The position numbers and the translations under genes are program-made. Positions 19,158-29,722 of a stretch of 64,000 nt of DNA are shown here, piece by piece. Each line of letters starts with the position of its first letter. Positions within the stretch are counted from its first letter, which is position 1. The stretch is taken from NCBI GenBank assembly GCA_963662275.1, contig OY759316.1:2624001-2688000 (forward strand), given 5' to 3'. The notes below the pieces were generated by a model that searched no databases, was not told where the DNA came from, and worked only from the letters and a program-made list of their open reading frames with translations. Source of the stretch: Candidatus Cloacimonadales bacterium. GTDB taxonomy: Bacteria > Cloacimonadota > Cloacimonadia > Cloacimonadales > DAONDQ01.

Positions 19158-22052
19158 CTATTTCAGTAGCAGCATCTTCCTGGTTATGTTTATCTTATCC
19201 GTTTCCAGCCGGTAAAAATAGATACCAGAAGATACTTGCTTGCTATTATCATCTTTCCCGTTCCAAAGAATTGAATAAGATCCTGCTTGTCTGTTGTCAT
19301 TTACAAGTGTCCTGACTTTTTGACCTTTGACATTATAAACACAAAGAACAACTTTGGAAGTCTTTGCCAGGGAATACTTGAGTGTTGTTTCCGGATTAAA
19401 CGGATTGGGATAATTTTGTTCAAGCTTGTTGGTAGATGCAATCGGAACTGTAGAATCATTATTTCCAACAGGTTCATTGAATTTATTCATGAGAATATAC
19501 TCAACAAATTGTTTTGCTTGAGTTTGGTTCATGTTCCACAAAGGAAAACTTAAAACTACAGTATTATAATCTTCTCCAAAATACCCGATACCCACATCTG
19601 TACCATTCAAAATTCCTTGCGAAGCAGTATTCGCATAATCAGACCCGTAAGTATAGAGCACTTCCCCACCAGGAGCTGCAGCAAGACCTTCAATTTTAAA
19701 AATATGGTGATTCAGTGCAGCCGCTGATTTAAGACTATCAACCCTCATGGCAGGATAATCGATATTACTTGGTATAGCATATTTAAATCGCGCTGAAGTA
19801 GAATAGCTAACTCCTGAAATTTTAAACATATCATATAGGAAATCTCCGGTTACAAATGTCTTGGGATAAAAACTGTTCAAATCCCATGCATAGGTTGGCT
19901 GATAAGTAGATATCAGGATATTTCCCCCATACCCGAGGTATTCCTGTAATGCACTTCGGGAAGGATATGCTTGCTCAACCCCTACAGCCGTATTGCAGTG
20001 CCAAATGATCGTCGAAAATGCCCCGAAATCAGCCAGTTTAGGCTGAGGATCAACTGTCAGATCGTAAAGCGTTCTTCGATAATCACTTAACAATTCATTA
20101 TAATAATCATCCACTTGGACATCTGAAGGCTGAAGATAACTGGAACCACTCCCATTGGCAGTGCCATCAACAATCAAAACACCCTTGTTCAAAGAAACAG
20201 CTCGCGAATAGATCTGCTCAGAAGCATTACTGAGGTTACCTGCCAAATCTTCAGTTTTCACAGTGTAATAGTAATACACTCCATCTTCTACAGCATTATC
20301 CACATAGGATGCGTTTGTACATAAGGAAGGATTGATCAGTGTTCCAAGTTCTCCTGCTGTTGTCGAACGATAGATACGATAACCGACAATATCCAACTCA
20401 AGATTGGCTTCCCATGATAAATCAACCTGGTGCAATACCGGGTGATCGATTAAATTTGTTGGTGTTCGTGGAATCATATATGGGACTGCTTCCTTCACTG
20501 TAATAATACTTTCGAAATTGGCTGAATTCAGACAACTAAACCCAATATGATATTGCGTGCCTGAAAGAAGACCTTCCACAATTGTTTGTGTTCCATTTAC
20601 TGTAATTGTTTGATTCCAGACCTCTGTTGAATCTGCGACATATACTTTATATTGGGTAATGTCTTGTTCAGGAGAAGGTTCCCAGCTTATTTTCAAAGAA
20701 TTACCCAGTCCGGTATCTTGGATTTGGAAATCCGTAATAGGGTATGGCATACTTGACATCGTAGCTCCACAAGCTACAGAACTCTTTATGACCCTGGAGC
20801 AGAAATCCATGTCTAAATGGATGAATAAATCATCACCGGTATGGTAGAAAGGCGAAAAATCCAGTTCTTCGAAATATATCGAAGGAATACCATGTAACCA
20901 AAAATTATATGAATCTGATCCGGCGCTATCATATAATCCTCTAATCGGAACAAGATCCGTATAGGTTGTTGTCATATTTCCGGCAAATAGTGTGTAAGAA
21001 TCGAAACCCGTATATGGCTGTAAAAGAACATAATCGGAGACATAATTATCATCGTGAGTTGCGATCATATCATGATTGATCATCAATTTGACCTGGGTTC
21101 CGTTAGTTAATAAGTCTTGAACATAAGCCTGGCTTCCCAGTAATCCCATCTCTTCACAGGCAAAGGCAACAAACCGAAAAGTGCAGGCAGGTTGGTAATT
21201 CATCAGTTTAAAGACACGTGCTGTTTCCAGAACTGCTGCAATACCACTTGCATTATCATCAGCACCCGGACAGTTAATCAAGGGATCTGCAGTACCGAAT
21301 GAAATATTATCATCGCTATGAGCACCAATAATGATATTCTTCTCGGGCGTAGTAACACCAGGTAATGTAGCAACGACATTATACTGTGGTATATCCTCGT
21401 ACAAAAAAGTATTGATCACAACATCTGTATAACCCATCCTAAGGAATTGATCCCGAATCCAGTTATCTACTGCGGGATGAGTGACCGCTGCGTAAAAGCG
21501 TGTCCCGAAATCCTGCAAATGCTGAATGAATGATCCGATACTGTCAGGATTCACCTGGTTTACCAGATCCTGGATTTCAGTTCTTGATTGAAGATTTGAT
21601 ACAGGAGCCTTCATTTTCTGATTCTGATAATATGAAGGTACATTTGTAAGTGGAATTGCCATGTAACCGGTTTGAAATAAAAGTGATTTGATATTTGTAT
21701 TCGTCTTAACCAAAATCTGGAACTCACTCTGCCAAAGTAAAGTACCCCAGGCAGAATTCCATTTTATGGGTTTATGCGATTCGGATGTGATAATATAGGT
21801 TTGCGATAAATCCATATTATGATCTATGATCGAATAAGGTATCCTACTCAAACTGGCAAGTTTACCTGAATCAATACCGATGAAAAGAATATCTCCATTT
21901 CTATGATAAACCGGTAATTTCAATTGTTCAAAAGCATTATGATTTGAGATTTGAGTTAGATCGATCTTGACCAGGATTTTCTGGTTTTGTGCAAATAGCG
22001 GGATACAGATGAGTAACATTACAAAAAAAAGAAGTGAATATTTAAAATTCAT
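19158..22052 (-). CDS. Secreted M28 metallopeptidase with FN3 domains and FlgD-Ig/T9SS-type CTD
   Basis: GAHSD, GADDNASG, CEEMGLLGS, NHDMI, YHT; FN3-like segments; QNYPNPFNP...SGIYFYRL. Confidence 0.9.
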   Translation of the reverse strand: MNFKYSLLFFVMLLICIPLFAQNQKILVKIDLTQISNHNAFEQLKLPVYHRNGDILFIGIDSGKLASLSRIPYSIIDHNMDLSQTYIITSESHKPIKWNSAWGTLLWQSEFQILVKTNTNIKSLLFQTGYMAIPLTNVPSYYQNQKMKAPVSNLQSRTEIQDLVNQVNPDSIGSFIQHLQDFGTRFYAAVTHPAVDNWIRDQFLRMGYTDVVINTFLYEDIPQYNVVATLPGVTTPEKNIIIGAHSDDNISFGTADPLINCPGADDNASGIAAVLETARVFKLMNYQPACTFRFVAFACEEMGLLGSQAYVQDLLTNGTQVKLMINHDMIATHDDNYVSDYVLLQPYTGFDSYTLFAGNMTTTYTDLVPIRGLYDSAGSDSYNFWLHGIPSIYFEELDFSPFYHTGDDLFIHLDMDFCSRVIKSSVACGATMSSMPYPITDFQIQDTGLGNSLKISWEPSPEQDITQYKVYVADSTEVWNQTITVNGTQTIVEGLLSGTQYHIGFSCLNSANFESIITVKEAVPYMIPRTPTNLIDHPVLHQVDLSWEANLELDIVGYRIYRSTTAGELGTLINPSLCTNASYVDNAVEDGVYYYYTVKTEDLAGNLSNASEQIYSRAVSLNKGVLIVDGTANGSGSSYLQPSDVQVDDYYNELLSDYRRTLYDLTVDPQPKLADFGAFSTIIWHCNTAVGVEQAYPSRSALQEYLGYGGNILISTYQPTYAWDLNSFYPKTFVTGDFLYDMFKISGVSYSTSARFKYAIPSNIDYPAMRVDSLKSAAALNHHIFKIEGLAAAPGGEVLYTYGSDYANTASQGILNGTDVGIGYFGEDYNTVVLSFPLWNMNQTQAKQFVEYILMNKFNEPVGNNDSTVPIASTNKLEQNYPNPFNPETTLKYSLAKTSKVVLCVYNVKGQKVRTLVNDNRQAGSYSILWNGKDDNSKQVSSGIYFYRLETDKINITRKMLLLK

Positions 22053-22198
22053 GATTCCTCCTTAATATATATCGAAAACAACATACATTCAAATTGATAG
22101 CATGATATAAGTCAAATATTTTTTTAAATTATTCCTTTGACATACAACACCGCATTTTTTTCTTTTATTCATAATAAAATCGACTGGAGGAGATCATC

Positions 22199-23095
22199 AT
22201 GTTTCCAAATGAAACGCTACATTTGTTAAACGAAAGAGCGAGTTTAAGAAACTTTGCGGACAAGGAAATTGAACAGGAAAAAATCGATTTGCTCATGCAA
22301 ACTGCCTGTAATAGTGCTTCTGGGGGAAACCTGCAACCGGTTTCTATTATCAAAATACAGGACAAATCAGTTCGTACTAAATTAGGTGAAATGTGCTGGC
22401 AGCCTTATGTTGGCAAAGCACCGCTGAATCTTCTCTTTTGCCTTGATCTTCATAGGAATGAAGTTATTGCTCAAGTCGGGGAAGCCCCCTATACTGTAAA
22501 TCATGCATTCAGACATTTTTGGATTTCCTTCCAGGATGTCATTATCTCAGCACAAAGTGTTTGCACAGCAGCGGACGCACTTGGTTTGGGTTCGTGTTAT
22601 ATAGGTACTATCGCTGAGTATTTCGATGAATGTGCAGAAATGTTCTCCCTTCCTGCTCATGTTGTTCCTGTTGTATTAGTAGTGATCGGATATCCTGCTT
22701 CCAAGCCCGGAATCCGTAAGAAATTCACACCTGATGTCATGGTACATGATGAAAAATATCACGATTATGATCCAATAGCATTGTATGAGAAATATATTGA
22801 ACGTGAGGGAAAAAGAGAATCTGCTTTTTCTGATAAGCAGCTAGAGACTTTCAATGCGAACTACCAGGCAGTGAATGGAAAAATAAAGGCGGATGAATTA
22901 ATCACTAAAATCAAGGAACGTGGCTGGCTCACTCCGATTCAGTACGTCTTTGGATTACATTACCATGCTGCTACTATGCCATTAAGTAATCTGAAATTCC
23001 TGGAATGTCTCAAAAAACAGGATTTGCATTTCTTTGAAGAATGGCAGCCAATGGATGAGAGTGCCCTTGACTATTTTGAATTTGAAGAAGAATAG
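22199..23095 (+). CDS. Nitroreductase family protein (NfsA/NfrA-like)
   Basis: RASLRNF, ASGGNLQP, ALGLGSCYIG, IGYP; GGAGG RBS. Confidence 0.9.
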   Translation: MFPNETLHLLNERASLRNFADKEIEQEKIDLLMQTACNSASGGNLQPVSIIKIQDKSVRTKLGEMCWQPYVGKAPLNLLFCLDLHRNEVIAQVGEAPYTVNHAFRHFWISFQDVIISAQSVCTAADALGLGSCYIGTIAEYFDECAEMFSLPAHVVPVVLVVIGYPASKPGIRKKFTPDVMVHDEKYHDYDPIALYEKYIEREGKRESAFSDKQLETFNANYQAVNGKIKADELITKIKERGWLTPIQYVFGLHYHAATMPLSNLKFLECLKKQDLHFFEEWQPMDESALDYFEFEEE

Positions 23096-23146
23096 TTGTA
23101 TTTCATTGTATCCAATTGCAGGTGTATAGCTGAAGATATGTGAATC

Positions 23147-23404
23147 ATGAAAACGGGTAAAATCATAGATATTGAATGCCAATGCGGTTTCAAACTCTTT
23201 CGCTATTTCAAGGCAGGTAAGGGTAGGATCATCAAATGCTTTATCAATAGGATGGAAACAGATTATGTGGGGCTGAAGGGTGTTGAAACTTATTCAAAAC
23301 CCGTATGCCCTCAATGTAGTAAAGAATTGGGTATTATCATGATGATACACGGTGAACCAGCCTTAAAGATTAATCATGGTACGATTAAGGATATCAGGAT
23401 TTAA
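23147..23404 (+). CDS. Small Zn-ribbon protein
   Basis: CQC and CPQC pairs, ATG start, fills the gap between genes. Confidence 0.65.
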   Translation: MKTGKIIDIECQCGFKLFRYFKAGKGRIIKCFINRMETDYVGLKGVETYSKPVCPQCSKELGIIMMIHGEPALKINHGTIKDIRI

Positions 23405-23429
23405 CTTTCCTGATCTGATTCCTGCCATC

Positions 23430-25088
23430 TCATTCCAATTTGTTGCTTACTTCCTGATTATCATCATCCGGAGCAATGACAACTTGATTCCTGCCATTTT
23501 CTTTTCCGATATAAAGTGCTTTATCTGCTTTCTTCAGGCAAAGATCCAAGTCCTCATAATCCGCATAGCAACAAACACCTGCTGTAAGAGTTACGTGAAT
23601 CACCTGTTGTTGGAAAACACAACTCCCGCTTGCCAGGGAAGATCGTATCTTTTCACCAACGATCTTGCCACCATTGGCATTTGTTTCAGGTAATAACAAC
23701 AGAAATTCTTCTCCACCCCATCTTGCCACATAGTCCTGTTTACGGACAGAATCCTTTATGACATTAGAAATAAAGATCAAAACAAAGTCCCCAGCATCGT
23801 GACCGTATGTGTCATTAATATTTTTAAAATGGTCAATATCGAGCATAATCAACGTAAAAGGTTTTTGATTACGTTCATAGGCAACTTGCGAATACTTGAT
23901 TTTTTCCAGAATATCGCGTCTGTTCGACAGATTTGTCAAAGGATCTCTACGAGCTAATAAATCCAGGGTTTGATAGGCATTGGAGATTTCTGCATTCTTT
24001 ATCCTAATTTGGGCATATGCTTTTTTGAGAGCTTTATTTGCTCGTGCTTTCAGAAGATACAGTAAGTAAAATAAGAAAGTGATTATCAAGAGCAAGAAAA
24101 CTAAGATTGATATAGATCTGTTTTTGGTTTTTTGCTTTTCTAATGTAAGCTTATCGATCATCTTGTCCTTTTCCAAGATGGATATCTTTTTTTCTTTTTC
24201 AGAAGTAATATGCTTTTCTTTCTTTAATTCTATACCGATTACATTAGTAACTGCTTTTTCTGTTAATAAAGCCTTTTCTGTCCTTGCTTTTTCGAGTTGT
24301 AGTTGAGTTGCTTCGCTTTCCTTTTTTTCTTTTATAGCATCGAACTGGAGTTGCATTTCCTTCATTTTCTTACGGTTTGCCTTAGTAAAAAGAACATGTA
24401 ACGTATCTGAGGATGAAGAATACAACTTATAATAATACAAAGCCTTATCTTGATTCCCCAGAGTTGCATAAGTTTTAGATTTAACAAGATATTCCTGTCT
24501 CACTTCTTCTTGGAGGGCTTCTTCAGCTTTTATTCCTTTCTGATAATAATCAAAAGCAGTTTGTGCTTTCGCCAGATACTTAGCTACTACGGCAAGAGAA
24601 TAATAAATTTCAGCCAGTCCTTGCTTTTCGCCGTTTTTCAATTTAATCTGAAGTGCTCTTTGGTAATAGTCAAAAGCATCTCGATTCCGGGCTTTGTCCT
24701 CATAGATCCTGCCGATGTTATCCAGTGTTGACGAGTAGCCTTTCACATTCGGATTTGCCTGATATTTTTCAACTGCAGCAAGATCATATTCCAGGGCATT
24801 TTTCAGATCATTCGCTTGATAATACAAAGCTCCTATTTTACCAAGAACATATGCTTCATCTTTAGCATCTTTGTTCTTCCGTGCCAGATCAAGAGCAAGT
24901 TGTGCATAATCTAGAGCAAGCTTTGGTGAAGATTGAATATTCGAATCAGATAATTTGCAGAGAATTTCTACTTTTCTGTCTTCAGACGCTGTTTTCAATT
25001 CTTGTTTCAATGCATTAAAATCTTCTTGAGCAAATAACAATAAAGGTAACCCGACAAAGAACAACAACAGCCAATTTCGCATCATCAC
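23430..25088 (-). CDS. TPR-sensor diguanylate cyclase
   Basis: Signal peptide, TPRs, TM, DPLT, DIDHFK.IND.YGH..GD, RKQD I-site, RWGGEEF. Confidence 0.92.
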   Translation of the reverse strand: MMMRNWLLLFFVGLPLLLFAQEDFNALKQELKTASEDRKVEILCKLSDSNIQSSPKLALDYAQLALDLARKNKDAKDEAYVLGKIGALYYQANDLKNALEYDLAAVEKYQANPNVKGYSSTLDNIGRIYEDKARNRDAFDYYQRALQIKLKNGEKQGLAEIYYSLAVVAKYLAKAQTAFDYYQKGIKAEEALQEEVRQEYLVKSKTYATLGNQDKALYYYKLYSSSSDTLHVLFTKANRKKMKEMQLQFDAIKEKKESEATQLQLEKARTEKALLTEKAVTNVIGIELKKEKHITSEKEKKISILEKDKMIDKLTLEKQKTKNRSISILVFLLLIITFLFYLLYLLKARANKALKKAYAQIRIKNAEISNAYQTLDLLARRDPLTNLSNRRDILEKIKYSQVAYERNQKPFTLIMLDIDHFKNINDTYGHDAGDFVLIFISNVIKDSVRKQDYVARWGGEEFLLLLPETNANGGKIVGEKIRSSLASGSCVFQQQVIHVTLTAGVCCYADYEDLDLCLKKADKALYIGKENGRNQVVIAPDDDNQEVSNKLE

Positions 25089-25290
25089 CCCTTTTTAATG
25101 CCATTTAGATTCGACTAAAATGTGTCTTTTTCTTAATTTTAATTTCTTCTTAAAAATAATCATGTCAAGGATTAATTCTGAAGACAGTTAGTTACCGACT
25201 GTTGAACGAAGCTGCAAGCAGCAGTACCGTTCGCAGTAAACTCGTGTTTCATGCATTTAAACTATTGATATACTGAACCCTCACTAAAAG

Positions 25291-25326
25291 CATACTTACC
25301 CCCAAAATTAACTGGAGGTAAGTATG
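25291..25326 (+). promoter_or_regulatory. Hairpin sequestering the RBS and start codon of the recombinase
   Basis: CATACTTACC (25291-25300) is the exact reverse complement of GGTAAGTATG (25317-25326). Confidence 0.6.
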
Positions 25327-26196
25327 GAATCATACGAAGTTCGCTTTTTAGAGTGCCTTGATCTTCGAGGCGTGTCCCGAGAGACAAAATACAATTACAT
25401 CAGACAAGTCACTTCTTTAGCATCATATTATGGTCAAGACCCCGGCACACTATCTATTGAACAGGTAAGAACATATTTTGTCTACCTGCATAACGTCAAG
25501 AATTATAGTCCTCAGAGTTTAAAATCAGCCTATTATGGCATCAGATTTTTTTTCATCCATGTTGTTGGTTTCAGGCAAGAGGATTTTACCTTTTTTAAGG
25601 CAAAGATTGAGCACAAACTTCCTGTGATTCTGACCACAGACGAAGTTAGAATGCTTATCTCCCGCATTCATACTTATGATTATCGACTCTTACTGACTCT
25701 TACCTATCAATGCGGATTAAGGATTTCGGAAGCAGTCAAGATTAAAATAGCCGATATCAACCGGGAATTGATGACCATCACGGTAAGGCAATCCAAAGGC
25801 AACAAAGACAGGTCAATACCTCTGCCTGAAAAATTGTATCAGGAACTCCGGGAATATTGGAAAACCCATCAGAACAGACAGCTTTTATTCCCGAGCAGAA
25901 GCACCAGACAGGCTGATATTAACAGAATGACAACCTCGAACCAGATTTCTGTCCAAACTCTTCGGTCAGCTCTGAAGTCAGCCTTAAAGGAGACACGCAT
26001 CCCTAAGCATGTAACCTGTCATACACTCAGACATTCTTATGCCACACATTTATTGGAAGCAGGTGTCAGTATCATCATCATCAAAGACTTGCTCGGGCAC
26101 GAAAGTCTTAGAGCGACCATGGTATACGTGCATTTGACTAACGTTTCCCGAGAGCAGTCATGTAAAATCATCAATGAACTGATGAATAAGATGTAA
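25324..26196 (+). CDS. Tyrosine recombinase (XerC/D-like, IS91-associated)
   Basis: GLRISE, KGNKDR, HTLRHSYATH, LLGH, TMVY; SAM-like N-terminal domain. Confidence 0.93.
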   Translation: MESYEVRFLECLDLRGVSRETKYNYIRQVTSLASYYGQDPGTLSIEQVRTYFVYLHNVKNYSPQSLKSAYYGIRFFFIHVVGFRQEDFTFFKAKIEHKLPVILTTDEVRMLISRIHTYDYRLLLTLTYQCGLRISEAVKIKIADINRELMTITVRQSKGNKDRSIPLPEKLYQELREYWKTHQNRQLLFPSRSTRQADINRMTTSNQISVQTLRSALKSALKETRIPKHVTCHTLRHSYATHLLEAGVSIIIIKDLLGHESLRATMVYVHLTNVSREQSCKIINELMNKM

Positions 26197-27339
26197 ATGG
26201 ATTTTAGCAGGATTCTCAAAAACAACCTGTCCGAGTATCTGGAAAAATATGGAAACCAGTCACCGGAAAGCCATTTAAGAGCGATCAGAGATATTCTCCT
26301 TTGCCGGACACCTGAACTGGGCGGAGAAGTCTATTTATGCCAGGAATGTGCGGAACTGCATTATTCCTATCATTCCTGCAAAAACCGTCACTGCCCGAAG
26401 TGTGGCCGTAATGATTCAGCGAAATGGCTGGAAAAGCAGCTTGCCAAACTGCTGCCGGTTAAGTACTTCATGGTAACTTTCACCATACCCCGGGAACTGC
26501 ACAAAACATGCCTGTCAAATCAGAAACTGCTTTATGATCTTCAGTTCAAAGCATCATCTGAAGCCTTAAAGACATTGCTTTCAGATCCCAAATATGCCGG
26601 TGGCGTTTCAGGCTTTACCGGGGTACTTCATACCTGGACAAGGCAGCTTGAATATCATCCTCATATTCATTATATAGTCCCCGGCGGAGCTTGGAATAAA
26701 GAACGAAAGGAATGGCAAAAAGCAGGCAATAAGTTCCTGATTCCGGTCAAAGCTCTTTCGGTGATTTACCGGGCAAAATTCCGTGATTTGCTTCGACTGG
26801 AAAATCAGCATCTGTTTGGTCGGATATCCCCGCTAGTCTGGCAGCAAAAAGAGTTTGTCACAGACTCCCGACCCGTCGGAAAAGGTCGGGAGGCTCTGAC
26901 TTATTTGGCCAATTATGTGTATCGGACCGCCATCACCAACAATCGCATCCTTTGGGAAAAGGACGGGCTGGTAACCTTTAAATACAAGCCGGCAGGTTCA
27001 GCTAAATTCGCCTTTAAAAGCGTCGACTCCGTGGAGTTTATCAATAAGTTCCTGATGCATGTTCTGCCGCAGGGATTTCAGAAAATCAGATACTACGGAT
27101 TTCTCAGTCCGGCGGCAAAATCTGTCTGGGAGATGGTCAACAGCTTTTTCCCAGCAAAGTCCGATTCTAATGACAAGAATCAGACAGCTAAAACTTTTGT
27201 AATTCCCAAATTTGAAAAAGACCTCTGCCCTAATTGCAAATCAAAGATGACACAGCATGCTTCAATTACCGGAAAACCAAGATCACCGCCTTGGTCGCTG
27301 TTGTTTTTGGCAAATTGCTTTGATGGCGGTAAACTGTAA
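26197..27339 (+). CDS. IS91-family rolling-circle transposase
   Basis: Zn domain CQEC...HSCKNRHCPKC, LHTW...HPHIH (HUH), YLANY (Y2), HVLPQGFQKIRYYGFL. Confidence 0.95.
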   Translation: MDFSRILKNNLSEYLEKYGNQSPESHLRAIRDILLCRTPELGGEVYLCQECAELHYSYHSCKNRHCPKCGRNDSAKWLEKQLAKLLPVKYFMVTFTIPRELHKTCLSNQKLLYDLQFKASSEALKTLLSDPKYAGGVSGFTGVLHTWTRQLEYHPHIHYIVPGGAWNKERKEWQKAGNKFLIPVKALSVIYRAKFRDLLRLENQHLFGRISPLVWQQKEFVTDSRPVGKGREALTYLANYVYRTAITNNRILWEKDGLVTFKYKPAGSAKFAFKSVDSVEFINKFLMHVLPQGFQKIRYYGFLSPAAKSVWEMVNSFFPAKSDSNDKNQTAKTFVIPKFEKDLCPNCKSKMTQHASITGKPRSPPWSLLFLANCFDGGKL

Positions 27340-27945
27340 GTTAATTTTACCGACGGGATTGTCTTGCCTAAATTATAGAAACAACCGAAATATTACAGGC
27401 AATTTGCTAAAATACTTGAAAACAATATCAGCCCATACACAAAAAGTCTGATCTCAAAGTGATTTGATAACTTCTGAAAAGAAAATCATCTCTTCCATTG
27501 GTAAAAGACTCTGCTAAAATTGTAAAAATCCAATTCAACCCAAGAAATCTTCAAAAAGCAATTTCCAAATACATATTCAAAATCACCCTGCTACTTGAGC
27601 TTGTTCAACAGCATATCCAATCATGTCTATGATGGGAAATGCTTATTATGTTAGATCCTGAAGTTTGTAACTTTAGGAGGCTGATGAGTCATTGGGTTTC
27701 AAACCCAACAATATAACAGCTTACAAAGCTATGGTACAAAATAAAATGACAAAAAATACCTATTGATCTCAAATTTGAATATAACGGTGTGAATCTGAAT
27801 TGTGAAATGGGATTCCATCTTCAATTTTCCATCTCATATTATGAAAGTTCTTAATTGACAACCGAATTGGTTTAAGCCCTCATAATAGCAGAAAAAACTT
27901 GAAAATAATTACCAATTAAACATCAACCTAAGAAAAACAAAGAAA

Positions 27946-28000
27946 GTCTAGATAATGCTTAGATGATCCCTAGATGAAGCCTAGATGAAGTCCAGATAAT
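27946..28000. repeat. Five degenerate 11-bp tandem repeats
   Basis: GTCTAGATAAT GCTTAGATGAT CCCTAGATGAA GCCTAGATGAA GTCCAGATAAT. Confidence 0.7.
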
Positions 28001-28411
28001 TTTATTAGAGCTAATTGTGTGCCGGAAGGGTCGAATTTCCATTCTGGATGCGGAATGAGATGATGTATTTTTAGAAGATGTTGGAAAGGTGTTAATGGTT
28101 AATTTGGGTTATGAAAATCTTCCATCTTCCATTTTTCATCATACCTTTGATAAGTATTCCATTCTGAATGATCTTATACGATTTGAGGAGGGTGAATTTA
28201 TCCTCTATGTCGTTAAGTAGCAATAATCGATAATTGGAAAGAATATTTCAAAAAATTACTGCAAATTCTTCTTTTTCCTCTTTTCTGCTTCTAGATTTAG
28301 CTCGAAATGTAAAAGAATAAAAAAATGAACTTGACATCAAACACGAAGTTGTTAATTCATCTTCTTTATGAGAATAAATCACGTGAAAGGCATACAATAT
28401 AGGAGATAGTC

Positions 28412-29722
28412 ATGTTAGTAAGATTTTCTGTACAGAATTTTCTCTCATTTGGAGATAAAGCTGAATTGGCGATGTTTGCATCAAGAGTGAAAGCTCATCC
28501 TGAACAAGTTTGTAATTTGAATATCAAGCCTGTTTCAAAGTTGCTGAAATTAGCTTTGATTTTTGGACCGAATGCCTCCGGGAAATCGAACTTGGTTAAA
28601 GCGATGGATTTTGCTAGAAGATGCATTGTTGGAAAACCTGGTTTCTCCAATATAGATACAACCTATTTTAAACTACAAGACCCCATTGAATCCACTGCTA
28701 GTAACTTTGACTTTGAAATTCTGGTTGATAAGACACTCTATAGATATGGGTTCATTTATGATAAGGATACTTATCCGTCAGAATGGTTATATAAAATTAC
28801 TAAAAGTGGATATAGCCCATTATATGTTAGAAATGCTAATAAAAATGAACGTAACATCGAATGGGATGACAAACTCTTTAAAACGAAAAAAGACAGGGAA
28901 TTCTATAATTTTGTGAACAAAGGAGTTCCACACACTCAGCTTCTGCTATCGGAATTAGGAAAGAAGGAACTGGAATTATTTCTACCTCTATATCAATGGT
29001 TTACGAAATTGATCATCATGTACCCCAAAACAGAATTTAAGAATTATCCCATGATTTTTCGCAAACCTGAATTACAGAATCTCTATAAAGATATGTTTAG
29101 TAACTGCGATACTGGAATAGAAGGAATAGACTTTGAAAAAACTGAATTCAAAGAAATTGAATTGCAGCTTCCCGACCAGTTACTCAAGGATATGTTACAG
29201 GATATCCCTAAAGTGGATCATACTTTAGTATCTTTAAATCTGCCTAAGGGAAGGTATCTTTTAGAATATGACCATATGAAACCGACCCTATATAAGCTTC
29301 TCTTTAAGCATGTTATCAAATCTACTGGAAGAGAAGTGAAATTCGATTTCCCTGAAGAATCAGATGGAACATTGCGCTTATTTGATCTGATTCCTTTATT
29401 GGGAGACACAAAAAATGATAGAGTTATTGTCATTGATGAGTTAGATCGTAGTTTACATCCTCTATTAACAAAAAAACTGATTACGGAATGTTTGAAGATG
29501 GGGCTGAATAATCAATCTCAACTAATTGCGACTTCTCATGACTCCAATTTACTGGATACAGATATCATCAGAAGAGATGCAGTTTGGTTTGTCAGAAAGA
29601 CGGCAGATATGTCTTCAGAAATATACTCCTTAGAAGAATTTAAACCCAGAAATGATAAAGAACTTCGGAATGCGTATTTGGAGGGCTTATATGGTGCAAC
29701 TCCCATTTTCAGAAATTGTTGA
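28412..29722 (+). CDS. RloA-like AAA_21 ABC ATPase
   Basis: FSVQNFLSF, GPNASGKSN, ESDGT, IDELDRSLHP, ATSH, YLEGLYGA; AGGAG RBS. Confidence 0.88.
   Translation: MLVRFSVQNFLSFGDKAELAMFASRVKAHPEQVCNLNIKPVSKLLKLALIFGPNASGKSNLVKAMDFARRCIVGKPGFSNIDTTYFKLQDPIESTASNFDFEILVDKTLYRYGFIYDKDTYPSEWLYKITKSGYSPLYVRNANKNERNIEWDDKLFKTKKDREFYNFVNKGVPHTQLLLSELGKKELELFLPLYQWFTKLIIMYPKTEFKNYPMIFRKPELQNLYKDMFSNCDTGIEGIDFEKTEFKEIELQLPDQLLKDMLQDIPKVDHTLVSLNLPKGRYLLEYDHMKPTLYKLLFKHVIKSTGREVKFDFPEESDGTLRLFDLIPLLGDTKNDRVIVIDELDRSLHPLLTKKLITECLKMGLNNQSQLIATSHDSNLLDTDIIRRDAVWFVRKTADMSSEIYSLEEFKPRNDKELRNAYLEGLYGATPIFRNC

Larger units (their letters stand above)
25199..27611 (+). mobile_element. IS91-family element carrying tyrosine recombinase plus Y2 HUH transposase
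   Basis: Two abutting genes, visibly GC-richer than flanks, bounded by CTGTTGAACGAAGCT (25199-25213) and AGCTTGTTCAACAG (27598-27611); ends approximate. Confidence 0.75.

Noticed and set aside
25324..26196. Integron integrase
   Set aside because: No evident IntI-specific insertion and no recognisable attC cassettes; abuts an IS91 transposase.
28090..28250. Short open stretch on the minus strand upstream of rloA
   Set aside because: No convincing start or RBS and no recognisable family.
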